A stretch of 64,000 nt of DNA, taken from Lingula anatina (lineage: Eukaryota > Animalia > Brachiopoda). The position numbers were made by a program, and so were the translations under genes. The stretch is from the NCBI GenBank assembly GCA_051362555.1, contig CM120646.1, forward strand, positions 7,192,001 to 7,256,000. Direction: 5' to 3'. The notes beneath the pieces were generated by a model. The model was not told the DNA's origin. It did no database searches and saw only the letters and a program-made list of their open reading frames with translations. Every line of letters starts with the position of its first letter. Position 1 is the first letter of the stretch. Shown in pieces: positions 52,910 through 64,000 of this stretch.

Positions 52910-53315
52910 CTAATATTGCAACTCAAGGGTTTGAAAACATGAGAATTCTGTGGTACACGATATCAAACAAGGCAAGCAGTGACGGGGCATCCTGTACCAA
53001 AGGAGGAATAAATTTTTTTGTTATTTTGCTAAATTTTATTATCATTTACTTCACTAAGATATTCTTTATTTTCCGTGACATGGCCCCTGAATTAAAACAC
53101 TGATAATAATCCAATAGATTAGTTTGTAAATAGAATTTGAGAAATTTCACCTACTTTGGTCGACTTTGCACCTCGATGATGGCATAGGCACGGCGGAGTA
53201 GACTTTTCAGCTGGCCAAGCGTTCTTGGTGATGAGGCGTCTGCGACATCAGTCATCTGAGCCACTGCTAACATCAATACCATGGCAACGCTCAGGGACCG
53301 CATTGAAGTGACCAT
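52910..53315 (-). CDS. Unrecognised secreted prepropeptide (80 aa) with dibasic site and 4-Cys C-terminal peptide
   Basis: TATATAA at 54334-54328. ATG-free 5' exon ending CAG|GTATGT at 54183. Exon 53317-53155 (AA|GTAGGT) joined to 52991-52910 (TAG). MVTSMRSLSVAMVLMLAVAQMTDVADASSPRTLGQLKSLLRRAYAIIEVQSRPKMPRHCLPCLISCTTEFSCFQTLELQY. Confidence 0.7.
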
Positions 53316-55610
53316 ACCTGCATGAAAACAACCATTTTATCTAATAAATGCCTCTCGAGTCTGCGCGGTGTATGCCTAATACACTCAACCAAAAAAAGGT
53401 GGGAATCATCGTTATTTTGAATAATTATAAAATAACTATATGAGCTAACGTAAATATCTTAAGCAAATATTGATGTATAGTGTACCCGATATTCGTCATT
53501 TTTGAAACTTTTGCAAAGAAAGGAACTATGATGGAAATACAGCGACTTGGGGAATTATTTTGTATTTAGTAACGAATGTTTTAGCTGTTTTAGTAACGAA
53601 AGTTATAAAAATAAAAACCCTTTTTGATAATATTTGCAAGTTATTAATATTAACAAAACTTAGACTGGGATGAAGGTATTACAGGATGCATTTTTTTTAC
53701 AGTCCCATTTTGTTCTTAACCTCAAGACATTTTCTGAGATGCTAGACATCATACCCGCCCCCTGACGAGTTGCATACTTTCTACTTTAGCAAAAAATTAA
53801 GTAAATCGATTGGAGAATGTGAGATAGCGCTGCGAGCGACGGTAACGCAGGTTTAAAATTTAATCCTTTTTTTGTGAGTACAAATAAATCTAGTACTTGC
53901 TTTTTTAAGTTGCTAGACTGATGTAAGTAAAGTTCCATGTGGACGCTTACATTTAATGTAATAACGTTAAAATTGGAAAATTATATATTGAGAATGGGTG
54001 CGGTGCGTGTATACCTACACCGCATCTGGACCATAAGATCATGTTCCTGACATCCTCCACTCTATGAATTATATTGCGCAACGCCAACGTCATGCAGACG
54101 TTGTCAATAATGCTAAACATATTTGCTTTATCAGTCTAAATATGATTAACCAGCTAGATTATAAAAAGCTCATAGCACATACCTGCGGCTGTGTGCAGTA
54201 TATTCTTGAAAAATATCTGTGTTGTCCGTTTCACCAAGCTCTCTGTGTTTCTTGCTTCTGGATTTTCCTTGTGGTCTGGAGAAGACACTCTGGCCAAGAC
54301 AAAGCTGGTGCTTTCGTTCCAACGCGGTTATATATAGAAAGAGTATTCTATTTTATGACGCAAATGTTTTCCCGGAATTAATATAAAGATAATGTCATTT
54401 TAATAATGTTGGAGCATCTAGGAAATTAAGAAAAATAAGGACGTTTGCTTGTTTACTTTTTATTCATTTTAGTACGTCATCTATAATTCGCAATTACTGT
54501 CTTTTAAAATGTCAAATCTCAATCGAGTTACATCAATTTGGAATTCTTTGTGATTGCATGTCTTTCATTTCCCTCTATAACTACGTTGATGTCACTTCGC
54601 ACGATATGTCAATTATAGACAGGACCTCAAGTAAGCTAATATTTACTTAGAAATGATGAAATTTCGTGTTTAATTATGTAATAACACAGAAACAAAAAGA
54701 AAAGGATATAAGATTCTCTAATTAATTTGTTGTTTTCATAAAATATTTCCTCGTAAGCATTTCTCGGGATTAATTACAAGTTGTTTTTCCTCTAAAGCAT
54801 TCACGACATTCTTTGGCTTGAGTCCAACGCTGCCAAATTCAGCATTTAACCTATCTTACTAAAGTAAATCGCCTTTTTACTATTTAAAGCAATTAGTATT
54901 CAAATAATATTAATTAACCTTTAGTGATATTAAATGTTTGAATGCCAAATTCAATATTTGATGTCAAACTGTGGCAAAATGTTCTCGTAACATGTTAATT
55001 AAAAGGCAATAAATAATTATAATCAGTATGTGCCATATGCTTCTCGGACAGTGTAACCATTCACTGGAGCACAAAAAAGAGAATATCTGTCTAGTTCCAT
55101 GTAGGACTGTTTTAAAACTTTCCGGAGATGTGAGCTTCTCTCACATCTTGTGGCCATTGTTTTGCTCTTTGCCAACATTTTGCTCTTGTATGGGGGATGT
55201 ATGTGTGATCATTTAATTTGATGTTGTTTCTATCCCCGATCTTGTAACATGTTCTATTTCGTCATTTTAATAAATGACAATATCAGTCATATGAACTTAT
55301 TTCTTATTTAATTTTGAGAAAAAACCGAGTTTCGTTGTGCTTGTGAACATTTCAATATATAAATAAACTGAAAAAAGGGATGTTCTTACTTAAAAGGTAA
55401 AGAAACATCTGTGCTATTTGGGGTTGTGTGTGAATATGCATGTTGCAGTATGTCCAATTTGAAGGGCATCAGACTTATGTTTTCATCGCGCCATTTCAGT
55501 TTCGTAATTAACATTAACATGTGTACTACTAAACTGCCTTTTCGCACGTAGACTTTTAAGTAAAAATGTCGAACTATTGTCGCTGGACGCGATCAAGTAC
55601 TATCAAAGTT

Positions 55611-55777
55611 CAGGCCCGTAGCCAGCAATTTCAAAAGGGGTGTTCTTTTTCTGAAAAAGTGGACCTTTTTCCATAAAAACTTCATGTACCTAGATCAAAT
55701 TTTACCCAGAGTGGACCTTTTCACAGCAAAAGGGGCGGTTCTTTTGAACCCCCCTAACCCCCCTGGATATGGACCTG
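55611..55777. mobile_element. 167-bp MITE with 5-bp TSD
   Basis: CAGGCCCGTAGCCAG...CTGGATATGGACCTG flanked by AAGTT on both sides. Confidence 0.8.
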
Positions 55778-56246
55778 AAGTTTCAAATAGGATGACTTAG
55801 AAATATACTGCTTGTACTCTCTGTGATTTCCACATTGTAGGGAAAATAATTAATTATAAGTCAAATTGCATGTGGATTTTGTTTGTGTCGTATAAAAAAA
55901 TGGTAATTTTTTGTGTTACAGTGCATTTATCTTATATTTATGTTATATAAATTAAAAAAAATATGAAACAAATAAATGAATAGCAAGTAGAAATAACCCT
56001 ATGGCCACATATTCATGAGGACTTGTGCCAGCTTTTTAAAAGATGATTTTTTTCACACGACATAGACAAATAGATACAGCGACTAATATGTTGGGGTAAA
56101 AATGGATATCTGAATAGTTTAAGTACATTGTACCAGGCACGAACTGACGGGATTTACAGAGAGATTCCATATATTAGAAGACTGCCCGCATTTCTGACCA
56201 AGTAATAAAATCGACGCAAGAGAGGAAAACGTTTCTCATAACAGTA

Positions 56247-56370
56247 ATGTTTAAATTGGGACATTGTTGTGTGTTGTTGCTGCTGACAATCCTCTGTTTG
56301 GAAGAGGTAATGTACAGTTGTGCAATATAACAGTATGCTGTCGCCATTTTATCTCTCTCTCTCTCTCTCA

Positions 56371-56410
<40 letters not shown>

Positions 56411-57925
56411 ATGACTGATTTTGATAAATCATTTTTCAAATTAAATTACTTGAAAAGGCGATTTCATTGAAATAGAAAACTATTTGGTAATTTTAAATAA
56501 GGTCCGTTTACACCTTTTTTAATTCACTCAGGTTAGGTTTATTTACTGTGCCTTTTTTAAAATTTAACCCTACATTTGCATTCTTTATTGAAGGCTCAAG
56601 TCGGCATTTTTGTAATAAGCCTGAAACATTCATCTCTTTTTTTTATCTTCAAATTGTTTACATGTACCTTGGACGTTTCCTTAAATATGATTTGTTTGTG
56701 GTTTGCATAATTTGTTTGTGGACAGGCATTCAGATACAGTGAAAATGAATTAGTGAAGTACCAAATAACAATGCACATGAAACGCTGTATATTTTTTAGA
56801 CGGAATGGCTGTTGCTATTTCAGTCTCTGACGCGTAGACTTAGGCAGAGATGCGTGAAGTCATATTTATAGGACTGAGGTACCGGAAAGCAATACGTGAA
56901 TACTTACAATACTTTCATGTTGTTATGTTTTGGTATTTAAACCCATACTACTGCCCTGCGTTACCTCCACGAAAACTTCCATAGTCACTGAGAAGCGTCT
57001 TAGACTGGGTTCCCATGCCTAGATCGATCCATCTGGATCGGTCTAACTCCCTGGGGAGTCTCACTAAATTGCTATCAACTTGCAGGCTTAAATGTCTGTC
57101 AAGACTACCGAATCAATTAGGGTGTAAAGATAATTACCCCCTAACAGCTTTACTAGCCGCGAGAGACTTTTAAGCCGGGTAAAGCTGATAGCAATTTAGT
57201 GAGACTCCCGAGGGAGATAGATCGACCCAAATATCTGTGGGAATGGCCCCTTACTCGTTTGCTGGCGGCATCCAAGGCTTTATATAACGTAATCCAAGGT
57301 GTTTTAAGTATGTAAAAATAGCATCAATTTTTTGTAAATGCACTAGAAACTAAAGGATAATAACATAGGATCAAAGGATCTTCAAAGAGATTTTTGATTT
57401 GTTGAGACTGAAGTGAGTTATTTACATGTAGTTCTTCCGCTGCTGTAATTCACATCATGAGATCATCAAAATGGGGAATAATCAAACTGCTCCAAAATTC
57501 AGGGTGGACAATACTCCTCGCCTTGGCAAAGTTGAACATTTTTTTTTTTTCGGTTCCAGATACATGTAATCACACACGTTATCAATTATTACCCTCTACC
57601 AGGGCGACAGATTGATGTTTCATGTATATTCACAGATATGTCTCTAGATAAATAGACAGTAATTTGGCTCTGTGTCCGTTTTTTTCCTATATAATCTGCC
57701 ACCCAGGTATAGGGTAATGAATTATATGGTATTTTTTTCACAACTTTCTTCTAGGTTGTTCAAGGTGAGGTTTGTCAACTGCCTGCTAAAACTGGACCTT
57801 GCCGAGCAGCTTTTAGAAGATATTATTACAACGGGAGACGATGTCAAAGATTCGTCTACGGGGGGTGTAGAGGCAACGGCAATAACTTTTTCACCAAAGC
57901 TGCATGCGAGGCGACCTGTATTTGA
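56247..57925 (+). CDS. Secreted single-domain Kunitz/BPTI inhibitor, 76 aa, P1 = Arg
   Basis: Exons 56247-56306 (GAG|GTAATG) and 57755-57925: [76 protein letters not shown]. All six Cys and FxYGGCxGNxNNF present. Confidence 0.93.
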
Positions 57926-59005
57926 TTTTGTCAATATATGTTAAGAAGAATGAAGTAAGACCTTGTCTTTTAAGTAGTTGTTGTTTCTTTTTCTTTTCCT
58001 TTAATAATTGTTCCAAGTTGGCAACTTTGTCAATTAAAAGTCTTATACTTATGTCTTCCCTTTCCCTACATTTTCTTCTTGTTTATTTCCACCTTGTCTT
58101 TTTTCCAAGCTTGTTAGCAGTTGTTGTCACAGGCCTACTTAATAAAGACAAACATGATTTGGAACGAGCAGAACAACCTATACCATGCTAATGTAATAGG
58201 CTTAAACATTGTCAGAGACAGAACTTTGACGTAATTTACATATACCACTCAATACCCTGTGCTTATTTATTTTCAACTCTAGGACTGTTTTTCTTCAGAT
58301 GCCGTACGTATCCCGTCTCAACCGACAGTTCAAAGCTCTTCAGTTCTCTGTGAACGCCAGCTGGCTGCCAACAGGTGTACTGTTCTAAGTCTTTGCTTTT
58401 CTCCAGAATAACATATTTAGCATAATTGTTAACAAATAAAATCAACAGTTACCACTTTATTAGTAAATATATATTTTATTTTCATCAGACCCAGACTTCT
58501 GTCGTCATTTAATTTGCATGTTGTAAAAATCCCTTGAAAAACTTAAATTACTGAGTAAATTCAAAAGATGTATAAATGGCTTGGTAACGCGTTATTTTGT
58601 AGCAAGGAGTCGTTGTAACTCCTTGTTTGTAGTTAACCTTTAATTTACTAACGAAGTTGATCTCTATTACTAAGGCTGCTTTAGCCATGACGTGACGAAG
58701 CAGGGAGATAAAAAGTACCAAAAAGCGCAGTGCATCGCAACTTGCGCAGATGTTTTAATCTGCAATTATTTTACCGTATGGAATTCTGAAAAAAAAAACA
58801 TATGAATAAATAAATTCAAAAAGTGGCATTATGCTATGCAATCACAGAAGTTTAATGTTTTTCTTTTTCGAACCACTAACCACGACAAAGAGAGTGCGTG
58901 CTTGGGAAGCGGAGCGAGCATGTAATGTGCACGAAGGTGTGGTTGAAGCCTTGATAATGGCATTTGTGCATGCATCACTGAGGTTTTCCGTGTAGCAGCT
59001 AGTTA

Positions 59006-59045
<40 letters not shown>

Positions 59046-59630
59046 TTTAAGATAATTTGTGAATTAATTAATCTCAAAGCCATGCTTCATCGTTTAAATA
59101 AAGAATTTGCCCTCCCCCCCCCCCCCAAAAAAAAAAAAAAAAAAAAAAAAAAGGAGGACAGGACAACGCCGTTTTTTAGTATATTTATTTTTATTGAATA
59201 AAATATTCAAGTGCATAGCGTGTCTCGGTGTGAGTAAATATTGTTTGAAAGCTAAGAGAAGACCACGGGACCACAGAGTAAATGATCAGTTCGTGACTTA
59301 TCCAGGGCGCTGTGGTAACCAGTCCAGCTGTAACCCACCTCACTACAGCTATTCTTATTTTATCCAGGGGTCAACTGCTGACCAGGAAACCGTAGGGATA
59401 CCAAAGCGGGTTGGCCGTGTTTGCAGTAAAGCATTAAAAAGTTATAATTTGTTTTTTGTTTATATATGTCCCTTGCGTGAGAGTCACAATTTTTCGCCCC
59501 ATTGTAACTATAGACATACGTAACAAATGGTGATCACATTTAATAAAGACAGATTTTGATAGTCACACACATTTAGATCCCAGATTGAAATAATAATAAT
59601 AAAAAAACTTCTAACGCTGGGTTTCATTCC

Positions 59631-59638
59631 TATATAAA
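59631..59638 (+). promoter_or_regulatory. TATA box of the second Kunitz gene
   Basis: TATATAAA ~90 nt upstream of ATG 59725. Confidence 0.75.
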
Positions 59639-59724
59639 TGAGATTGGGCGCCGGACTAGGACAGTCTTAGACAGTAAACCTTGTAAAGAAGACTGCGTTT
59701 GTTTTTTTTTCTCGTCTTGGTAAA

Positions 59725-60077
59725 ATGCAGTTTAAGCTGGGAGTTAGTTTTGTGCTTTTGTTGGTGGCCCTTTCTCTCGTAGAGGTAAAGTATTATTTAG
59801 CTAAATTATTTTCAGTCTCAGTGGATCTAGAGTTATCTTTTTTACACGTGTAAATGGACATCCATTCCTGTTTTACTTTGATATAAGCACATAACGACTG
59901 GTTGTACATCTAACACTGGTGATGAGCGACTCATCCCTAGTAAATTTATATACATGCATATATATATATTTGAGATAGACAATGTTTAAATTATTATATT
60001 TCTCAGTTCTGTGCATTAAGTGAACCTTTGAAAAAAATCGCTATCCGTGTTTGCAGTTCTCTCTCTCTCTCTCTCTC

Positions 60078-60118
<41 letters not shown>

Positions 60119-60367
60119 GATCTACTTAGGCCGATGGTGTCTAAAGCAGCGACTTGGTTTGATACTTTTATTTTTTATCTTTAGGCTCGGTTTCGACCCA
60201 GAGCTTGTTATTTGCCTTCAGACCCTGGTAACTGCTATGGGTATTTTCCAAGATACTATTTTAACGGATTTATCTGTCGAAGATTTATCTACGGCGGCTG
60301 CGGAGGCAACGGCAATAACTTCCGCACCTTTGCTGCGTGTATGAGAACTTGTTTCTTTAAGTACTAA
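59725..60367 (+). CDS. Secreted single-domain Kunitz/BPTI inhibitor, 80 aa, P1 = Tyr
   Basis: Exons 59725-59784 (GAG|GTAAAG) and 60185-60367: MQFKLGVSFVLLLVALSLVE/ARFRPRACYLPSDPGNCYGYFPRYYFNGFICRRFIYGGCGGNGNNFRTFAACMRTCFFKY. Confidence 0.95.
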
Positions 60368-62884
60368 GTAAGTGCTCTTGCTTCCTCTTCCATGCGTTTG
60401 CTTGAATCCTTGATTTGTCATACTTCTCTTTTCTTCGTCGCTTTCTCCTCCATTCTCTTTTTCTTCCCTTTGGCGCTCTTCTTTTCTTATTCGCGGCTAA
60501 TTTTCTTTGAAATCTTTGGATACTCAATAATATATAAGGGTTAGCATCGGCACGCACTTTGCGGATCAGTTATGACATGATTTGAATACTTATTTTCTAT
60601 TTCTATATGTTACGCTTGTCTTGCCTATAATCAAGCTCATTTTTGCGTCTATCGTACATGTATGCCTCTCTTACATAGCCGCTTATAGATTAATATGGCT
60701 TCGATACGTGACTTTATGAATATATATATAAAGTTTGTTTAATAAACCCAGAAGAATTATTAACATAGCCTTCTCTTGTTTACACATGGATTAAAGGGAT
60801 TAAAGCATATCATTTGTTTTAGTGCTACAGAACAGTGTCGACCGTCCTGTTCGTCGTAGTACCCAATTCGGACCGCCAGAAGGCAGTACGGTCGCCATCG
60901 TGACAAGCTGCAATCCTTCAAATTTTATTTCCCGTTTAGTTGGTTGGGACGGTCCTTTATCATAAGTCTCGCACGAAGCCCCTTCAGCGGTCATTCGTTT
61001 ATTTAGATGACGATTAATCAATCTGTGCTTGCCTGCGGGAAAGCATCCCAAGTGGCAATTCCTTTTAACAAGCAAGCCCTTCTAGGGCGCTTCTATAATC
61101 GCTTTCAATTCACTATGTCTTTTATTCTTTTTATACAGGCGCAGCTTTGATCAGCCCATGTGCACTCACTGCTTTAGAAAAGCAACCGCAGGAATCTCTG
61201 GGAATCATTTCAAGATGCTTAATGTCAGGTTTACTTTACACTTTGAGTGAGAATAAAAGCTGATATTGCTCTTTATGTATTAATCTAATTCCTTTGCGTT
61301 TTGTCGTGAATAGTTTGCCAAGTTAAGCATGTTGTCTCCGTTTGCTTGACGAATGATTTTAAAAGAATAAGAATTCGAAAAATAACCACCTATTTGTAGA
61401 AGTGATTAGATTTGAATTTTCTCTAAAATTGCATGACATGGGGAATAACCAACACATGGTTGGATATTCAAGTCTGTTAAGTTGTAGGGTTATATCTCAC
61501 ATTAAGCGGAGCACGAACATTTTGATTAAATTTATGGAATTTTCCGTTTGTCGGTGATCGCGATATTACAAAAACAATACATGTACATAGAATCATATTA
61601 TACGGTAGCTTCTTTCACCAACAGTTTAAGATCTGAGTTATGACCGCTCTGATATTTCGGACATATTTATATCATGTCAATATTTCGTACTGAGAGTAGA
61701 ACACAGCTGATGAAATTCTTTACTGTTTTACTACATAGACATAATTCCATGTTCAATCCATTCAAATTCATAAACAAATTGACATAAATATACGTTTTTA
61801 TAATTGAGACACCTGTTTCGAGAACGTCGGAGGCGTGTTTGGTAATATTACTCTACACAGACGGCAGCTGTCTTATATTAACATCTTGTAAAATGAATAC
61901 AAAATTTATGTCGATTATTTATTATTATAAAACTTTAAGTGTATACGCTTATCTTCCACATCGGCTGCTTCCCTTTGAGAAAAGTGATAATTGTCTGTTG
62001 GCCTCTCGAAGAAAATTCATACCCTGCACATGTTATGTTAACTGATCATACTGCATCCAAATTTCAACTTTTTAAAGAGAATCTGGTACGAATTTCTTCT
62101 AAAATGGTGATAATGGATAATTCAACAATTCTATAATGCCACTTCCTAAATCTGCAAGTTTTCAAAAAAAAATCTTTCCACAGGGTTGAGCCGCGACTAT
62201 CACTTTCTCTTTCAAAAAAAAAAAAAAAAAAAAAAACTTCTTCTGTGCTTCTATCATAACGAAATCCTGTGGCACATATCTTTATTATGAAAATCTCTCT
62301 TTCCTTAAATCAGTATTTATATTGTACTGGCTTAGGCCTGTGAGAACGGTCTACCAGTACGGCGGTCAGGATACGGAACGTCCAAAACTGTACACACGAG
62401 GCATCGATTCGAATCAATCCCGGGTATTTATTTGTAATGCGAGCACGTAGACAGATGTCGACCCGAGAAGTCACCCGGTTCGCTGTCCTGGGACCATACT
62501 TCTCAAGTAAATAAATAATAAATAAACGGAGAGCCCCAGACATAAGACATGACATTTCATGGCCTCTTTCGGCCGAGAACGATCGTTGATCAACAATAAA
62601 AATCAGCCAAAACACAAACAAAGTTTATTTTTGAACTTTATTGATTAGTTTAACTTCGATACAACTACATGTACAAAGTAATAGTTAAACATTAGCTTGT
62701 CGTGGAACACTGCTGATGGACGTCTAGCGGTCAAAAACATAAACAAACACGCGATCGGCTGGGTGAAGTGGCATTTTATTTTTTATTTCAATATTCCATA
62801 AATGTCAGTGTTATTCAAGGATATTGTGACACAATATCTTGAAGGAGGTATGTTCTTTCCAAATTTTTGTTGTTTATGCTCTCA

Positions 62885-63092
62885 TTTACCGACTTTTAGT
62901 TGAGCTTGCCGACTTAAGTCTCCTCCCGAGGAGGCTAGACATCGTCGACTAGCAGCTAAGAAAAAATCGACGTAAGCGACCTTTTAGATTCTTTGTGAAA
63001 CGGGACTTAGTGACGTAACGACTTAATTACGTTGGTAACCAAGCTCTTAGTCAGGGAAACCGACTTAAGTTTTTTTGTGAAACAGGGGCCTG
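62885..63092. mobile_element. End of a Harbinger-like element
   Basis: Repeated GACTTAAGT motifs ending in TTTGTGAAACAGGGGCC. The partner TIR was not located. Confidence 0.4.
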
Positions 63093-63094
63093 GC

Positions 63095-64000
63095 CTACAA
63101 AACGAAAGACAACCAATGAAAAAAGAATAAATAAATATTTACAAGCTTCATGGTAACGTATGTATCGGTAATGTATGTATCATATTGACGTAACAAACAG
63201 AATGAACGACCTACAAACGTGCGCACATATACAACATCGCACGCACTAACAAAGCCGTGACAACAGAAAACAAGCAATGGAAACAGCAGAAAACAACACA
63301 TTCATATTATTTGGTTATGTATATATCGGTAACGTATGTATCATATGAACAATTTTTACAGATAGTTGAAAGCAAGAAATCTTATTTGTCTCGTTTTCTT
63401 TCATTTTAATGTAACATTAAAACATAAGTGTTGGCGCACAAAACGAAATACAACCAATGAAAATAGTTACCATGTAGCGTGTAAATACTTTTATTTTATA
63501 TTGTTTGTTTATTATTCTTACGGTATACTACATTACAATAAGAAGGAAAAGCAGGGCAAGTAAAGATTACTTGTCTTGAAAAAGTTTGTTGAAATTGTTC
63601 ATATGATGCATACGTCACCGATACATACGTTACCAAATAATGTGAAGGTAGTGTTTTCTGATTTCATTGTTTGTTCTCTGTTGTCGCGACTCTGTGGTTG
63701 CTTGCGACGTTGTATATGTGCGCACGCATGTTATTACGTCGCTCATTCTTCTTTGTTACGTTAAAATGATACATACGTTACCATAAAGCTTGTAAATATT
63801 TTTTATTCTTTTTTCATTGGTTGTCTTTCATTTTGTGCAACAACACTTTTTTAATGAAACACAAATAAAATGACATAAGTGTTGGCCCACAAAGCGAAAG
63901 AAACCCAATGAAAACAGATTAAATATTTACACGCTTAATGGTAACGTATGTATCGGTAACGTATGTATCATTTTAGCGTAACAAAGAAGAATAAGCGACG
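63095..64000. repeat. Complex repeat with units in alternating orientation
   Basis: 63095-63395 is inverted at ~63570-63840 and restarts in direct orientation at ~63885. Core GGTAACGTATGTATC. Confidence 0.8.

Noticed and set aside
60113-60145. Alternative acceptor TACTTAG|GCCGATGGTGTCTAA in the Kunitz-2 intron
   Set aside because: It gives a stop after 4 codons; the 60185 acceptor yields the complete domain. Cannot be excluded as a minor isoform.
57672-60421. Track ORFs 57672-57944, 57722-57934, 60051-60344 and 60218-60421 that look paralogous
   Set aside because: Off-frame or antisense shadows of the two Kunitz exons.
61139-61228. Exon-like segment as a further coding gene
   Set aside because: No start, signal peptide or domain in any frame; at most a 3'UTR exon.

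Overview
This is AT-rich, intron-containing animal genomic DNA. Its repeat landscape suggests a marine invertebrate (inference only), and the ORF track is largely uninformative. I assembled five apparently intact spliced genes by hand from GT-AG junctions: (1) a 274-aa secreted protein with one divergent VWD domain (-, 19147-24610); (2) an ATF2/ATF7/CREB5-family bZIP factor with 11 coding exons, 595 aa (-, 36884-44406); (3) an unrecognised 80-aa secreted prepropeptide with a dibasic site and a 4-Cys C-terminal peptide (-, 52910-53315); (4, 5) two tandem single-domain Kunitz genes with P1 Arg and P1 Tyr (+, 56247-57925 and 59725-60367). The ORF track shows none of the last three in the correct frame. 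The window also holds a head-to-head pair of TRIM pseudogenes, one split by a 4-kb TIR element, and a decayed convergent two-gene cassette. DNA-transposon derivatives with readable TSDs include an 8-bp-TSD foldback, a 3-bp-TSD Academ-like element, a 7-bp-TSD hAT remnant and 5-bp-TSD MITEs. There are also LINE fragments and tandem repeats. The best candidate for something undescribed is the cluster of small secreted peptide genes at 52.9-60.4 kb. No database searches were run; family calls come from motif recognition.
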